A stretch of 64,000 nt of DNA from Octopus vulgaris (Eukaryota), in assembly GCA_951406725.2 (NCBI GenBank), contig OX597814.1:114638001-114702000 (forward strand). The letters run 5' to 3'. Below, one piece after another: positions 1-12,542 of the stretch. The notes below the pieces were generated by a model. That model ran no database searches, had not been told where the DNA came from, and saw only the letters and a list, made by a program, of their open reading frames with translations. The translations under genes and the position numbers were made by a program. Positions within the stretch are counted from its first letter, which is position 1; every line of letters starts with the position of its first letter.

Positions 1-58
1 TGAAATGTCACTAAGCGTTTTGACCGGCCTGTTAACAGTTCTACTTGCTCGCTCCCTT
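1..58 (-). mobile_element. Degenerate head of SINE family A, cut by the window edge
   Basis: Reverse complement resembles the family A head (AAGGCGGCGAGCTGGCAGAA...GTTAGCACGCCGG...GCTTAG). Confidence 0.55.
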
Positions 59-2689
59 GTGTGTTTATAGATATTAACGTATGTTTCATATTTCTATGAA
101 TTTTAGATTGAATATAAATCTTTCATCCAATTTCTATAATCAGTTGCAATATTTCCTTTCAACTTTGGGTATAGCCACAAGAAAAGCATAACAGTTTAAC
201 AGCTGCTTCTAATTTCTAAATCCACTGAAAGTATTTCGATTCCTGATAATCGCATCTCTATTTGTGTAATTAACTATATCAGATATAATCTTTTGATCCT
301 CACCATACTCATTTAAATTAAAATTTCAAATATATTTGAAGGACTGTCCCTATAATTTATTAAACCTGTTACAAATGATTGCTTTCAAACAGGCAACAAC
401 ATGCTGTATATAAACGTAGAGGAGATATGCATGGAAGGAACAAATGAACAATAAAATTTACCGTTCCAAGAAACTAATGATGGGTTATGTCTGTACGATA
501 TAATTAATTTAGTTAATATTCCATCAGAGAAAATGGGAATACTTAAACTGTTAGAACTCACTCTCCTCGCGGCGCATGGATTTATGCTGTTCTAACAAAT
601 ATTGTAAACATTTAAAGCATATATGACTGCTAGCTGCTATATATGCCAGTATTTGTTTCATCTATCACCCTTTTTTTCATCCTATCATTCGAATATTTTT
701 TTGATGTTTTGTGTCCCCAATGTGTTGTAGTGTCCTATCTATGTAAAACCGTATGGTGAATAAAAAAATAGCAGTATTTGTTTCATTTGCCTTTTGGTTA
801 TCTACATTTAAACAGGAATGGTCATTATTTTCTTAAAACAAAAAGATCGTTAGTAACCTAAAATTTAAGAAAATGATCCGAAAATTACGACCAAATATTT
901 TAAACTAATAATATGAAAATTGAAAGAAAATATTGATAGAATACATTGAGAAAGCAGCAACCAAATATAAAATAATATAAAAGAATAATGTGCAGTGAAA
1001 ATTGATATAGTTGTGCAAAGAAAAGGTTTGATCATAAATAATTTACAAGCTGTCAGTTTTATAACTTTATCTTTTTTATATGAATACACATCTTGAAGCA
1101 AAATATTTTCTGTTTTGTTTATTTATAAGAAATAAAATAAATTTTCATAGTATTACATTTATTTCATAATTCTCTTCCTGGTCGCGACCAGTTTGCTGAG
1201 ACAATGCAAAAGTGTCACCATCAAGAAGTCTTTGTCTCACAGGGAATTCGAACGTAAGCTCAGATCTCTGGAGCATTTCTTTACAAAACTCGAGTTGGTA
1301 AACACTGAGTCTGGCCCAAGAATTTAATAATAATTTCTCTTGTTATTTTCGGCTAAATTCTAATTTTAAAATAATTGCATTTTATCATTTGTGATGAAAT
1401 ATATTATTTCATTTAAATAGATATTTACACTATTTAGATGTTCGTCTCCTTCTACCAGTGAAGCAGAACAAATTACCCGCTCCGTCTATGCGTGTGCTTG
1501 TATGTTTGCGTAAAAACAAAACTCATTCATCGCTTTCATTAGTTGACTGTTTTCCTTTTATTGTTTTCTCCTTACGCCAGAAAGATACGTATGACTAAAT
1601 GTTGATGAAATTACGAAGAAAATCAATGGGGAGATAGATAGCAATTTTAGATCGGATGACAACCATATCATTTGTTCAATAGCAACCTAATAGTCGTTCA
1701 ACATTTAAACAATAATTTGTTTTGTAAGTCTAGGTTTAATAGATCAGATCACGGAAATATTTTAGTGTCCATGGTAACCATCCAAATAAAGTCCGGCATA
1801 TAGACAGCTAATCCAACTTTGGTAAAAATTGCAAGCGTTCTGATTAATTTGATTAAGAGCTGCAAAAAGAATTACCCACAATAAGTATTATAAAACCGTG
1901 CACGATCAATGACGAAAGTTTTTTTTTCTCCAAAATGATAGATAAAACAATGAAATTATTTCGTTTGGTCTTAAACAGGATATTAAATCTCTAATTGCAT
2001 CTACATAGATTTTATATTGCCTTTAAATGCACTTAAAATACATGAACAGACGATTTAACTTATTTCAACGTTAGATCAGAAGTAAAGGCTTTCAAATTTC
2101 ATGCAATGTATGTAGAAAACTTTTCTTTCCAAGCTATCTTCGTGGTATAATCTGTAATTAGTCATAATATAATAAAAGTAATTAAAACTTTGTCACTTAT
2201 GCAGTATTCTTTATAATTGTTGCAGAGATCGTTGTGGTTACCTCCCAAGATCAATGTTGATAATTTTTATTCTATTGATCTACTTAGACTCCTAGATGGA
2301 CTATGAATCTAATCTTGCTATCAAAAGTACTCCATATAAGATCAATGGTTTGAGGTTGTAAATGTAATTCTTATTATCGTAACGTTTATTTTCGCTTGCT
2401 TATCTTTTTTCTCTTCGAATTCTGCGCAAAAGCTATTGTACGATCTCGGATGATGTTTTGTCACATTATTCTTTCCATATCATTGGTTTTCAAGCTGTAC
2501 ATATCAATGTTACATTTCTTCTTGTAGGCGTTTTAATACATTTTTGTATCTCTTTTGTTATCCGTTCCTTTTACATGTGACTTCTTTCGGCATGCGTTTG
2601 TCTTTCATTTGAAAACATACTACTCAATTTTAGTTGATTCTTGATGGAGGTTTACTTGTATCATTGCATATTAGTGCTGATTTTATAGA

Positions 2690-2820
2690 TCCCAAAAGGT
2701 TGAAGACAAATTCGACACTGGCGGCGTTTCAACTCAGAATGTGCAGTTGGAAGAAATGCCGTTAAGAATTTTTTCCGGTGCCGTAACATCTCTGCCAGTT
2801 CACTACCTTGTATACCTTGT
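2690..2820 (-). mobile_element. Old SINE family A fragment
   Basis: AACTCAGAA...GAAATGCCGTTAAG...CTGCCAGTTCACTACCTT is the degenerate reverse complement of the family A head. Confidence 0.55.
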
Positions 2821-2861
2821 GAAGCGTTATGTATATTAATATCATAATACATATTAAATAT

Positions 2862-3080
2862 AAGGCGGCGAGCTGGCAGAAACGTTGAACACCGGGCGAA
2901 ATGCTTAGCGGCACTTCGTCTGTTTTTACGTTCTGAGTTCAGGATTCCACCGAGGTCAACTTTGCCTTTTATCCTTTCGGGGTCGATAAATTAAGTACCA
3001 GTTGCGTACTGGAATCGATCTAATCGACTGGACCCCTCCTCAAAAATTTCAGGCCTTGTGCCTAGTGTAGAAAAGAATAT
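2862..3080 (+). mobile_element. tRNA-derived SINE family A, full length with TSD
   Basis: Head AAGGCGGCGAGCTGGCAGAAACG, B-box-like GAGTTCAGGATTCC, central GTCAACTTTGCCTTTTATCCTTTCGGGGTCGATAAATTAAGTACCAG (resembles the Meta/Nin-type SINE domain, from memory). TSD ATATTAAATAT at 2851-2861 and 3081-3091. Confidence 0.9.
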
Positions 3081-3160
3081 ATATTAAATATGGTGCAAAT
3101 ATTATCTGATATAAACTCGACCAGCCCACCGTCGTGTAAAACTCATGTAGATTGTTATAT

Positions 3161-4925
3161 GGAGCTGTAGTGGTGTGGCGCGCGGACCTCTATAGGGCCG
3201 AGGCTTTCCGCCAACTCAATGGCACCTCCTTCTATTCCCCTCTGCCCTCTAACCCCACACGTAGCTACCAACAGACGGTATCCTCTACTGTCCACGACCT
3301 CATCTCGTCCTCCTGTCTCCCCCGCACCGCATCCAACCTAATTGTGCGAACCCCACGTACCCCCACCATTTACTTCCTCCCCAAAATCCACAAACCCAAC
3401 AACCCTGGCCGCCCCATCGTCTCCGCCTGTAACTGCCCCACGGAGCTCATCTCTAAATACCTCGACCGTGTCCTTGCCCCCCTAGTGGCATCTCTTCCCT
3501 CCCACATCCACGATACCAACCATGCTCTCCGGCTTTTCAACTCTTTCTCCTTTCCTCCCGGCTCCTCCAAAATCCTCCGGCTCCTCCAAAATCCTTTTTA
3601 CTATGGACATCCAAAGCCTCTATACTGTTATCCCTCACCACGAAGGACTGCAGGCCCTTCGACACTTTCTTGACCTCCGCTCTAACCCTGTACCTGAAAC
3701 CTCCACACTCATTCGTCTGGCCGAACTTGTCCTTACTCTGAACTGCTTCTCGTTCGCGGGCGAGTTCTACCATCAGGTCTCGGGAGTGGCAATGGGAACG
3801 CGAATGGGCCCCAACTATGCGAACCTGTTCGTTGGCTATGTTGAGGCCCAAATATTCTCTAATTTCACTGGTCCCACTCCTGAACTATATGGTCGTTACA
3901 TCGACGACATTATCGGTGCCACCTCACTCTCCCGCGAACATCTAGATTCCTTCCTCTCTTTCGTCCAATCTTTCCATCCAGCCCTCCACTTCACTTCCAC
4001 TATCTCCAACACCTCTGTCTCCTTCCTCGACATTTCGGTTAGCATTCTTCACTCCACTCTTACCACCTCCATTCACTACAAACACACAGACTCACACTCA
4101 TACCTCAACTTCTCTTCCTCCCACCCAGAACACACCAAGCTTTCCATCCCCTATTCCCAATTCCTCCGTCTACGTAGGCTCTGTAGTGACGACCATGACT
4201 TTGAGACTCAGTCTCAACGTATGGCTCACCACTTCACCCTACGTGGATACCCCCTCACCACTATCCACACCGCCCTTGCCAGAGCACGGTCCGTGGACCG
4301 TGTATCTGCTCTCTCTCCCCGAACCCGCCCTGTAGTCTCCCGCCTCCCTTTTCCCCTCACTTACCACCCCACGACCCTACGTCTCCAACGCACCATTCTT
4401 CGAGCTTTCCGTCATCTCCAGTCCGACCCGTCCACTTCACACCTCTTCCCTAACCGACCCCTCCCCTCTTTCAAACGAGCCCACAACCTTCGAGACCTTT
4501 TGGTCCATAGCTCCTTCCCTGACCCTACCTCCCAACCCGGCTCGTTCCCCTGCTCCCGCCCACGTTGCCGCACTTGCCCCTACCTCTCCAACACCACCCG
4601 CCTCACTAGCACCCACCATCGACCCTATCCCATCATCCACTCCTTCACCTGCACCTCCAGCAATATTATCTATTGCATCTCTTGCTCTCTCTGCAATTCC
4701 TTGTACATCGGACAAACGGGACGCCGCTTGGCTGACCGGTTCGCGGAACACCTTCGTGACATCCACCTTGCGAACGACACACCGGTCTCACGCCATTTCC
4801 GCTCCACCGATCACTCCTTGCAACACCTATCTGTGTTCGGTTTGTCCTTACACACAGGAATTAATCTTCTCTCTTCGCTCTTATACGCCATTTGGTCTCA
4901 ACTCTCCCCCCTCCTCATATAACCC
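3161..4925 (+). pseudogene. Penelope RT plus GIY-YIG endonuclease ORF with two frameshifts
   Basis: Motifs GAVVVW, YFLPKIHK..PGRPIVS, TMDIQSLYTVIP, GVAMGTRMGPNYANLF, RYIDD, FLD, Cys-rich linker CSRPRCRTC, IYCISCSLCNSLYIGQTGRRLADRFAEH, and C-terminal ELIFSLRSYTPFGLN in another frame. Frameshifts come from a 19-bp duplication at 3558-3595 and an apparent deletion near 4856. Confidence 0.93.
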
Positions 4926-5250
4926 CCTCTCCCCCTCCTCACCTATCCTTTCCCCCGACCCCTACTTCTTCAGTCCTTCATCCTTTCACCCCTACTCCCC
5001 TTCCCTTCTTCCCTGTTTCTCCCTCCCTCCTCCCTCCCTTCCCTCTTCCCCTTCCCTCTGCTCCCTCACTCCCTCACTCCCCTTCTCTCTCCCCCTCTCC
5101 TCCTCCTCCCTCCTCCTCCTCCTCCCCCCTCCCCCTTCTCCCTCCTTCCCCCTTCCTTCTCCCTCTCCTCTCTCTCCCCCATCCTCTCATCTTCCCCCCT
5201 CTCCTCCCCTCTTCTTCCCCTCCCCTTCTCCCCCTCCCCTCTTCTCCTCA
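4925..5250 (+). repeat. Polypyrimidine low-complexity tract in the Penelope 3' region
   Basis: Almost exclusively C and T for about 320 bp, followed by CTAATACATA and ATCAACCCTATT tandem units. Confidence 0.9.
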
Positions 5251-5564
5251 CTACACCACACGACTTTACACATCACATCATATGATGTGCCATACTAATA
5301 CATACACCAACTAATACATACTAATACGTACTAATACATACTAATACATACTAATACATACACCAACCCTATACATACACACGTCCAGACCCCTCCTACG
5401 CACTATTAGCTGGTCCTTCAACCCTATTATCAACCCTATTATCAACCCTATTATCTCCCCTTATTTCGCTCTCGCGTCTCATGTTTGATCTTTGACCTCT
5501 GGCCGAAATCAGATCGCCATGTTGATTCGTTAGCTACTGCACGCATTTTTTTTCTCTCTGTGTA

Positions 5565-5602
5565 TCTTTCTGTTGAAGAGCGTAGGCTCGAAACGTTAAA
5601 GA
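5565..5602 (+). ncRNA. Minimal type I hammerhead-like motif with variant core
   Basis: UCUUU-CUGUUGA-A-GAGC(GUAG)GCUC-GAAAC-GUU-AAAGA: stems I and II pair, stem III is minimal, A6 is replaced by U. Confidence 0.6.
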
Positions 5603-6594
5603 CTTGTTTTATTTATATATCCTGAGCGCCATACTAATACAATTGTTCGTTTGTTTTCCACCTGCCTTCGTCTTTTGTCTATTTTCATAAAGCTTCCCGT
5701 TATATATATATGTATATGTATGTTTGTATGTATGAGTGTGTGTATTCCCCTGGATAATGCACGTCAAAAGTCTTCCTTAATAATTTAGATTTTCGATAAC
5801 ATTTTAGAAACTTTCACTAAAAATGTCGAGCTAAAACACTTGAAGAATTAGTCAGTTTATCTTCATACTGGAGTAATCGATTTTTAAAATCCATATCCAA
5901 TTCCACATTTAGAGATGATAACATATCTAATTCAATAAAATTTGCGCCTAAAATAGGTTTCTAAAATTTTTTCCAAACAAAATATTTTCTACTACAAAAG
6001 CGAACACCTAATCCGTTTCAAACCCCGCCTACATCAAATAAACAAATAATTAAATAGGTAAATGAAATAAAAATATTAAAGGAGTAAAAATTGGCACATA
6101 CTATTGGAAGAAAGTGAACTTGTATTATAATGCAATCATTTCATAGAAAAATATTCTTTAGCGTAGTAAAAAATTCTGAAATGCATTTCAGAATCGTATT
6201 TTTTTAATAGAAAAAAAAGAGAACGTCTAATCCACTCTGATGAAAAAGTAAATCTATATGTAAAATACACACCAAAAATGAGCGCACCCCACTGTGAGGA
6301 AGTGAGCTCGCATTGTTAGGAATTGAAAACATCACTTAACCATTGCAAACCAAAATATCTTATTACTAGACGGTACAGTGAATTTATACATTGTTCTCTA
6401 AACAATAACGCATACAGCTACACAAGCTGTCCCTCCTACTTTCATAACTTACTACTTATTTTTCTTTGAGCGAAAAATACAAAAAATGTGTATTTATTTT
6501 ACTGATCGAAAATTTTTGAAAGAACGTGCACCGGTTTTAGTCGCCATGTTACCGCCATTATTTATTATTCCGCTGAATTGTATCAAAATAATTC

Positions 6595-6795
6595 TTCCTT
6601 ATTTTGGCACAAGGGCAGCAATTTTGAGGAGTGAGGAAATCGACGCAGTGCTCAAATGATTCTTGTTTTATTCATAGCAAAAGAACGAAAGGCAAAGTCG
6701 CCCTTGGTGGAATTTGAACTCAGAAAGTTAAGAAAGACGAAATGCCGAAAAGCACTTTGCCGGTAGTACTAACGCTTCTGCCAGCACGTCACCAT
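6595..6795 (-). mobile_element. SINE family A, diverged
   Basis: GAAAGGCAAAGTCG...GGAATTTGAACTCAGAA...CTGCCAGC is the reverse complement of family A. Confidence 0.8.
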
Positions 6796-7640
6796 ATTTT
6801 GTGGAAATCCAATTTTGTGGAAATGCTCGCGAAATAATATTTTATTTCAGTTATTTTAAAACAGTTTTCGATTATACAAGAATCTCAACTTCCGAAAGCA
6901 AAATAACAGCTTCTACGACAAGTTAAATAAAAATTCATGTCAAATATACAAAAAAATTTAAAAAATCAACCACAATCAAGCATAACAAAAAAAACAACAA
7001 CTCTGCATCAAATAGACCAAAACGCCTACCAACAGCATGCAGTCATTAGTAATTATGACAGAAACATCGTGAACAAAATATAAGATGCATATATGTATAT
7101 AAGTGTGTGTGCGTGTGATTGAATGAAACGCCACAGGATTCAAATATAAAACAATTATATGTAGAAATTCTAAGCACTGTTTTAGTAGTACCCAGAGGTA
7201 TTAATACAATTATCTTCTTTTTGAATGCATAAGAAATATGGTATTTGAATTCTGTTACATTTCAACTAGGTAGTGTTTCGGTCCTTGTTTTCGTGGATAA
7301 AATTTAACTTATTCGCATCTGTCAGAATCTATGAACATTTGAAGCCATCACATGTTGCGATTGGTTTTCAGTTTCAACTTGAGCTGTTCAATGTCTACAG
7401 GAAAAACGAAGATCGAGTGAGAGTTCCTGATGACTGTAGATGCTGGTAGCAATCACTGGTTTAAGTGGGTAAATGCATGATTGTGTGGTTAATAGAGTCG
7501 CCGTTTCGGATTTGAACCTACTGTGCTGCACACTAGAAAAATAATTTCTAACATGATCAATAGATAACTCGGTTTTTTGTTTGCACTAATTTGATAGACT
7601 CAAACTGTATTGAAGCTCATCATACAAACAGACTCGGACA

Positions 7641-7748
<108 letters not shown>

Positions 7749-8274
7749 CTCTGTGTAGATGTTTGTTTCGTCGGTTGACATTGGCAATGAATATAAATAC
7801 CCGCGAGAAAACCTTAACAAATCGGTGCTTTAGAACCGAAGTTCCCTGAAATATAAAGGGCTACACAATTGATAATTTCAGCGTCAAAAATGCAGTGAAT
7901 CAATGAATTTCGGTCTGTTGGAAATATATATAATGAACGACATTTTTGTTCACAAATTGTAATATATTGAACTGTTTATGATGGCGAGAGAGTCATTAAT
8001 GAATTGATTAAAAAACAAAAATTGAACTATGGTGGTGCACAAGAGTAAATCTTGTTGGCAGAAATTGTATGTAGAGGGGTAGTTTACAAGAAATTTAATT
8101 CCATTCTAAGACATGATAGGTATAATAAACTATTTTGCTGATGTTTATGACCGTAATATTACTTTTTATCATGTCATCAATGGCGCAAAACCACTGGCAC
8201 CAGTTTTCCGTTAGATCTGGCTCTATGGAAATCCTTCTACTGGTCACTGGGAATACTATTTTACTCTCTTTACT

Positions 8275-8456
8275 CTTTTACTTGTTTCAGTCATTTGACT
8301 GTGGCCATGCTGGAGCACTGCCTTTAGTCGAGCAAATCGACCCCAGGACTTATTCTTTGTAAGCCTAGTACTTATTCTATCGGTCTCTTTTGCCGAACCG
8401 CTATGTTACGGGGACGTAAACACACCGACATCGGTTGTCAAGCAATGTTGGGGACT

Positions 8457-8498
<42 letters not shown>

Positions 8499-8912
8499 CA
8501 CACATATATGTGGAGGCGCAATGGCCCAGTGGTTAGGGCAGCGTACTCGCGGTTGTAGGATCGCGGTTTCGATTCCCAGACCGGGCGTCGTGAGTGTTTA
8601 TTGAGCGAAAACGCCTAAAGCTCCACGAGGCTCCGGCATGGGGTGGTGGCGATCCCTGCTGTACTCTTTCGCCACAACTTTCTCTCGCTCTTTCTTCTGC
8701 TGGCCAGCGGGGTGGCATCATTTGGAGGCTAAAACAATGCGAAGCGCATTGTGACCAGCGGTGATATATACATATATACGACGGGCTTCTTTCAGTTTCC
8801 GTCTTCCAAATCTACTCACAAGGCTTTGGTCGGCCCGAGGCTATAGTAGAAGACACTTGCCCAAGGTGCCATGCAGTGGGACTGAACCCGGAACCATGTG
8901 GTTGGTAGGAGC
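8275..8912 (-). mobile_element. SINE family B (tRNA head, CORE-like segment, internal microsatellite) interrupted by a family C copy
   Basis: Reverse complement reads CCACATGGTTCCGGGTTCAGTCCCACTG...CCTTGGGCAAGTGTCTTCTACTATAGCC...AAATGACTGAAACAAGTAAAAG. Many copies in the window. Confidence 0.9.
8511..8765 (+). mobile_element. SINE family C, tRNA-derived, nested in family B
   Basis: A-box TGGCCCAGTGG and B-box GTTTCGATTCCC; closely similar to 21480-21775. Confidence 0.9.
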
Positions 8913-9384
8913 GAGAAATTTAAAGTAATGCAGTTGTTTGCGTCTGTCGCTGGAAAACAAGATCTCACCATTTACGCAATCACATTATGTTTGCACTAAC
9001 CCCGTCCCACTTAAATTATCGATGTCGCTTTGCTTCTTTTGTACATTTTCTTGCTTTATCTACAGCACAGCTCATAACTTTTATTCAATGTTCCACTAAA
9101 TTACGTCAGAATCTGAACTCTGCGCAGATTTATTCTCTCTTCAATAATGCTTAACATTTGATTCGACGTGTAGGCGAGAATTAATCCTAAATTGTAATTA
9201 GTGGAAGAAGACTAATCATAACCATCCGATCTGATGAACTGAAATAGTGTCGTTAGTCGACAAGCAAATGCCATTGTAACTGTGATGCTTTTTTAATGAT
9301 AATGACTAAAAGGAAATTAAACGACATAGTGCATATTAAACTTACACTGGATCATCCCACAGAAATATAATTAAGTAAAAGCGT

Positions 9385-9552
9385 AGGTTTGGCCGTGTGT
9401 GCTTAAGATGCTTGCTTTGCAAGTACATGATTTCGGTCTTGATCCCTTTGCGCTGCACATTTAGTAAGTGTGTTTTGCTATAGCTCTAGGCTGAGCAATG
9501 CCGTGTGCGTGAATTTTTTAGATGGGTACTGTATGGAATCCCAAAGTGTGTT

Positions 9553-9597
<45 letters not shown>

Positions 9598-9990
9598 ATA
9601 TTCTCAATTTAAAATAGTGTACATTTAAACACGAGAGACTACCTTTTAACTGGTAATTTTACACGCTAGAACAAGCAGTCAAAACGACCGAAACCACATT
9701 TAAGAGCAATTTTCAAAGGGAATGAAAAATAAAAACTTTTACTTTATTTTTTTAAGGATATACCTAGGTTCCAAATTTTTGTTAGCAAATATATATATAG
9801 TATGTGTCTGTGTTTGTCCCCATCCACTACTAAAACACTGGTGGCTTGTTTATGTAACTTACCGGATTGACAAAAGACACAGATGGGATAAGTATCACAT
9901 TTAGAAATAAGTACTGGGGTTGGTCTCTGCGACTAAAACGTTTCACGGTGATGCACCAGCATGGTCAGTTAAATGAGTGAAACGAGCAAA
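9385..9990 (+). mobile_element. Old SINE family B split by a microsatellite and a ~200-bp insert
   Basis: Degenerate head at about 9385-9545 and degenerate tail at about 9800-9990 (AAATAAGTACTGGGGTTG...CCAGCATGGTC...GAAACGAG). Confidence 0.6.
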
Positions 9991-10179
9991 ACCATAGTGA
10001 AATACGTTTAATTCTCCAGAACGTAAATATCACGTGTGAAGTAACAAAGCGACGTCATACAGGTGGAGCTATAAGTCTTTTATGCCGATCCTAAAAAAAT
10101 TTTGAAAAATATAAGGCTCACCTTTGATATCCCTAATCCTAATCTTTTTCAAGTCAAAATGTAAATATTCTTTTCTTTG

Positions 10180-10545
10180 ATTGTCATTTGACTGAAGCCA
10201 TGCTGGAGCACCGCCTTTAGTCGAATAAATCGACCCCAGGACTTATTCTTTGTAAGCCTAGTACTTATTCTATCAGTATCTCTTTTGACGAACCGCAAAG
10301 CAACGGGGACGTAAACACACCAGCATCGATTGTCAAGCGATGGTGGGAGTCAAACATACACACACATACATACATGCATAAATACACGGGCTTTCAGTTT
10401 CCGTCTACCAAATCCACTGACAAGGCTTTGGTCGGCCCGAGGCTGTAGTAGAAAACACTTGCCAAAAGTGCCACGCAGTGGGACTGAACCCGGAACTATG
10501 TGGCTGGCAAGCAAGCAGCTTACCACACAGTCACTCCTGCGCCTA
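10180..10545 (-). mobile_element. SINE family B, near full length
   Basis: Colinear with 8275-8912; head ends CACTCCTGCGCC. Confidence 0.9.
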
Positions 10546-11264
10546 GATGTTAACAAATTACCAAAAATCCACCTAAATGTTCCATGTCGACGACTTCTTT
10601 TAGTTACTGTGTAGCCAAAAAAACTTCAATATTTTTTAACTCGAAGACTAGTGCGACTGGTGTATCGTGCTATTGATTTTCAAGATTATATTACACTGAC
10701 ATGTCTATTGATATTCTCCGATTCGGCAAAACCAGAAGAGACAGCAGTAATAAATGTGGCAAATTTAGTGTCTTTTTGTCCGAGGGAAATAGTAAATCAG
10801 TGTACATGCCCAATGAAAATATATTTTGGATTGATAAGTATAGAAATTATCTTTGTTGGGATTCTATGCCTCCCACGTACATTTGAAACCATTCCTTTCA
10901 CTGATTTGCCAGATGTTAGCCTCCGGTTACTTCATAATTGATTCTGTCATTCTAGGCCAATCATAAGATATAAATCCTAAGCTGGTTCATTAAAGATGTA
11001 AGAACCATGGAACCACTTTATATTTCATATTCCATATATATAAATATATAGATGCGAGCTTAGCACGTTGCTCTCAGCAACGCGAGCAAGGTGTGGTTTT
11101 TTACATATTTTAGAATATATGTTTGGAAAATTGCATACAAATGCAGAGCTACAATAAATATTATTTAATTGGAAATATTTGAAAAATATAAACTGATATG
11201 TGGAATTAGGGATAAAAAGACAAATTGAACGACAAGCTTAACTTAGCATCTTAAGTTAACGTCC

Positions 11265-12127
11265 GGATCTTTGTGGTTTTCGTCACTGTTTACAATTTTG
11301 TTGTTTTCAAATTTGGTATAGGGATTAAGTTTTATATACTAATTATGAAAATGAAATTCATTTCCCCTATAAATCCATAATTAAAAAGTTATTAGCCTTT
11401 GCATCTTGCAAAATTTAGGTATTTTAGCCAATCTGAAGCGGGTATTTTGGACATCACCGTAGCGAAGAAGTCTGTTTCTATAGTAACCAAGCAAAGAAGC
11501 ACCACGTATTCCATAGCTGATTGCAAAGAACCCTGTTTCCATAGAAATCAACGATGCTGCGTATGCGCACAAGGTGTGTAACCACCACCTGTTCTATAAT
11601 TGTTAGTTTTAATAATAGATGGGACTCTCACTCAACAAATTGAAAGTACCCGAACGTGGTTGACTCTTATCTTTGTGAATTTGTGTGAAGGAGATATGAG
11701 AAAGAGAATTTACTTTATAAAATCCCAGAGTGTATTGCAAACTTTTGTTCTTGAATTTTTTAAACAAATATGTCTGTTTTAAACAATGTTTTGACTGTTA
11801 TTTCTAGGAACTCCTGTTTGTTCGTAGCTTTAAATATTTAATTTGCTCGCGAACTCTTTCATGTTTTTCACTGCTTACTGTAGCTAGTTTAATGTTTTGG
11901 CATGCCGATGTTATCCCACCCCACCGATGATGGAAGAGGCAGCGAACGCGTTGTTTTCTGATTGGCTGAAAATCCTGAAAATTATCAAACTTTGAACAGC
12001 TGTAACATTTTTGCAAATTTTTTCTGGAATAAAATTCAGATTCGGCGTCAAAAATTACATCTATATGATACATTAAATTTTTTTTAAAAAAGATAATTGT
12101 AAACAGTGACGAAAACCGTAAAGATCC
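11265..12127. mobile_element. Non-autonomous TIR DNA transposon, superfamily unassigned
   Basis: About 33-bp TIRs GGATCTTTGTGGTTTTCGTCACTGTTTACAATT and AATTGTAAACAGTGACGAAAACCGTAAAGATCC; possible imperfect 8-bp TSD TAACGTCC/TAACATCT. Confidence 0.75.
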
Positions 12128-12166
12128 TAACATCTTAAGGATGTTGTATTGAAAGGTTTACATATA

Positions 12167-12542
12167 GGAGCAGGAGTGGTTGTGTGGTAAGCAGCTTACT
12201 TCCTAGTGACATGGTTCTTGGTTCAGTCTCACTACATTGCACCTTGGGCAAGTGTCTTCTACTGTAGCCTTGGGTCGACTAGAGCCTTGTGAGTGGATTT
12301 GGTAGATGAAAACTAAAAGAAGCCCGCCATATATATATGTCTATATTTGCGTTGTTTGTACCCCCACCACCGCTTGACAACCCACCGCTTGGTGTGTTTA
12401 CGTTCACGTAACTTAGCGGTCCTGAATAAGACCGATAGAATAAGTACCAAGCTTTAATACTGAGGTTGATTCATTCAACTAAAAATTCTTCAAGGCGGTG
12501 CCCCAGCATGGCCGCAAACTGATGACTGAAACAATTAAAAAA
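12167..12542 (+). mobile_element. SINE family B
   Basis: GGAGCAGGAGTGGTTGTGTGGTAAG head, ACCTTGGGCAAGTGTCTTC, tail GACTGAAACAA. Confidence 0.88.

Larger units (their letters stand above)
3161..5700 (+). mobile_element. Penelope-like retroelement, probably Neptune clade, 5'-truncated
   Basis: RT and GIY-YIG coding region, then a pyrimidine-rich tract and a 3' pLTR-type region with an HHR-like motif, ending in (TA)n. Strong C-rich skew against an AT-rich background. Confidence 0.92.

Noticed and set aside
4892-5314. Pro/Ser-rich and Arg/Gly/Glu-rich ORFs
   Set aside because: They translate the polypyrimidine tract.
9231-9250. CTGATGAACTGAAA as a hammerhead (similar hits near 12519 and 60171)
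   Set aside because: No flanking stems; the 12.5 kb hit is a variant of the ordinary SINE B tail.
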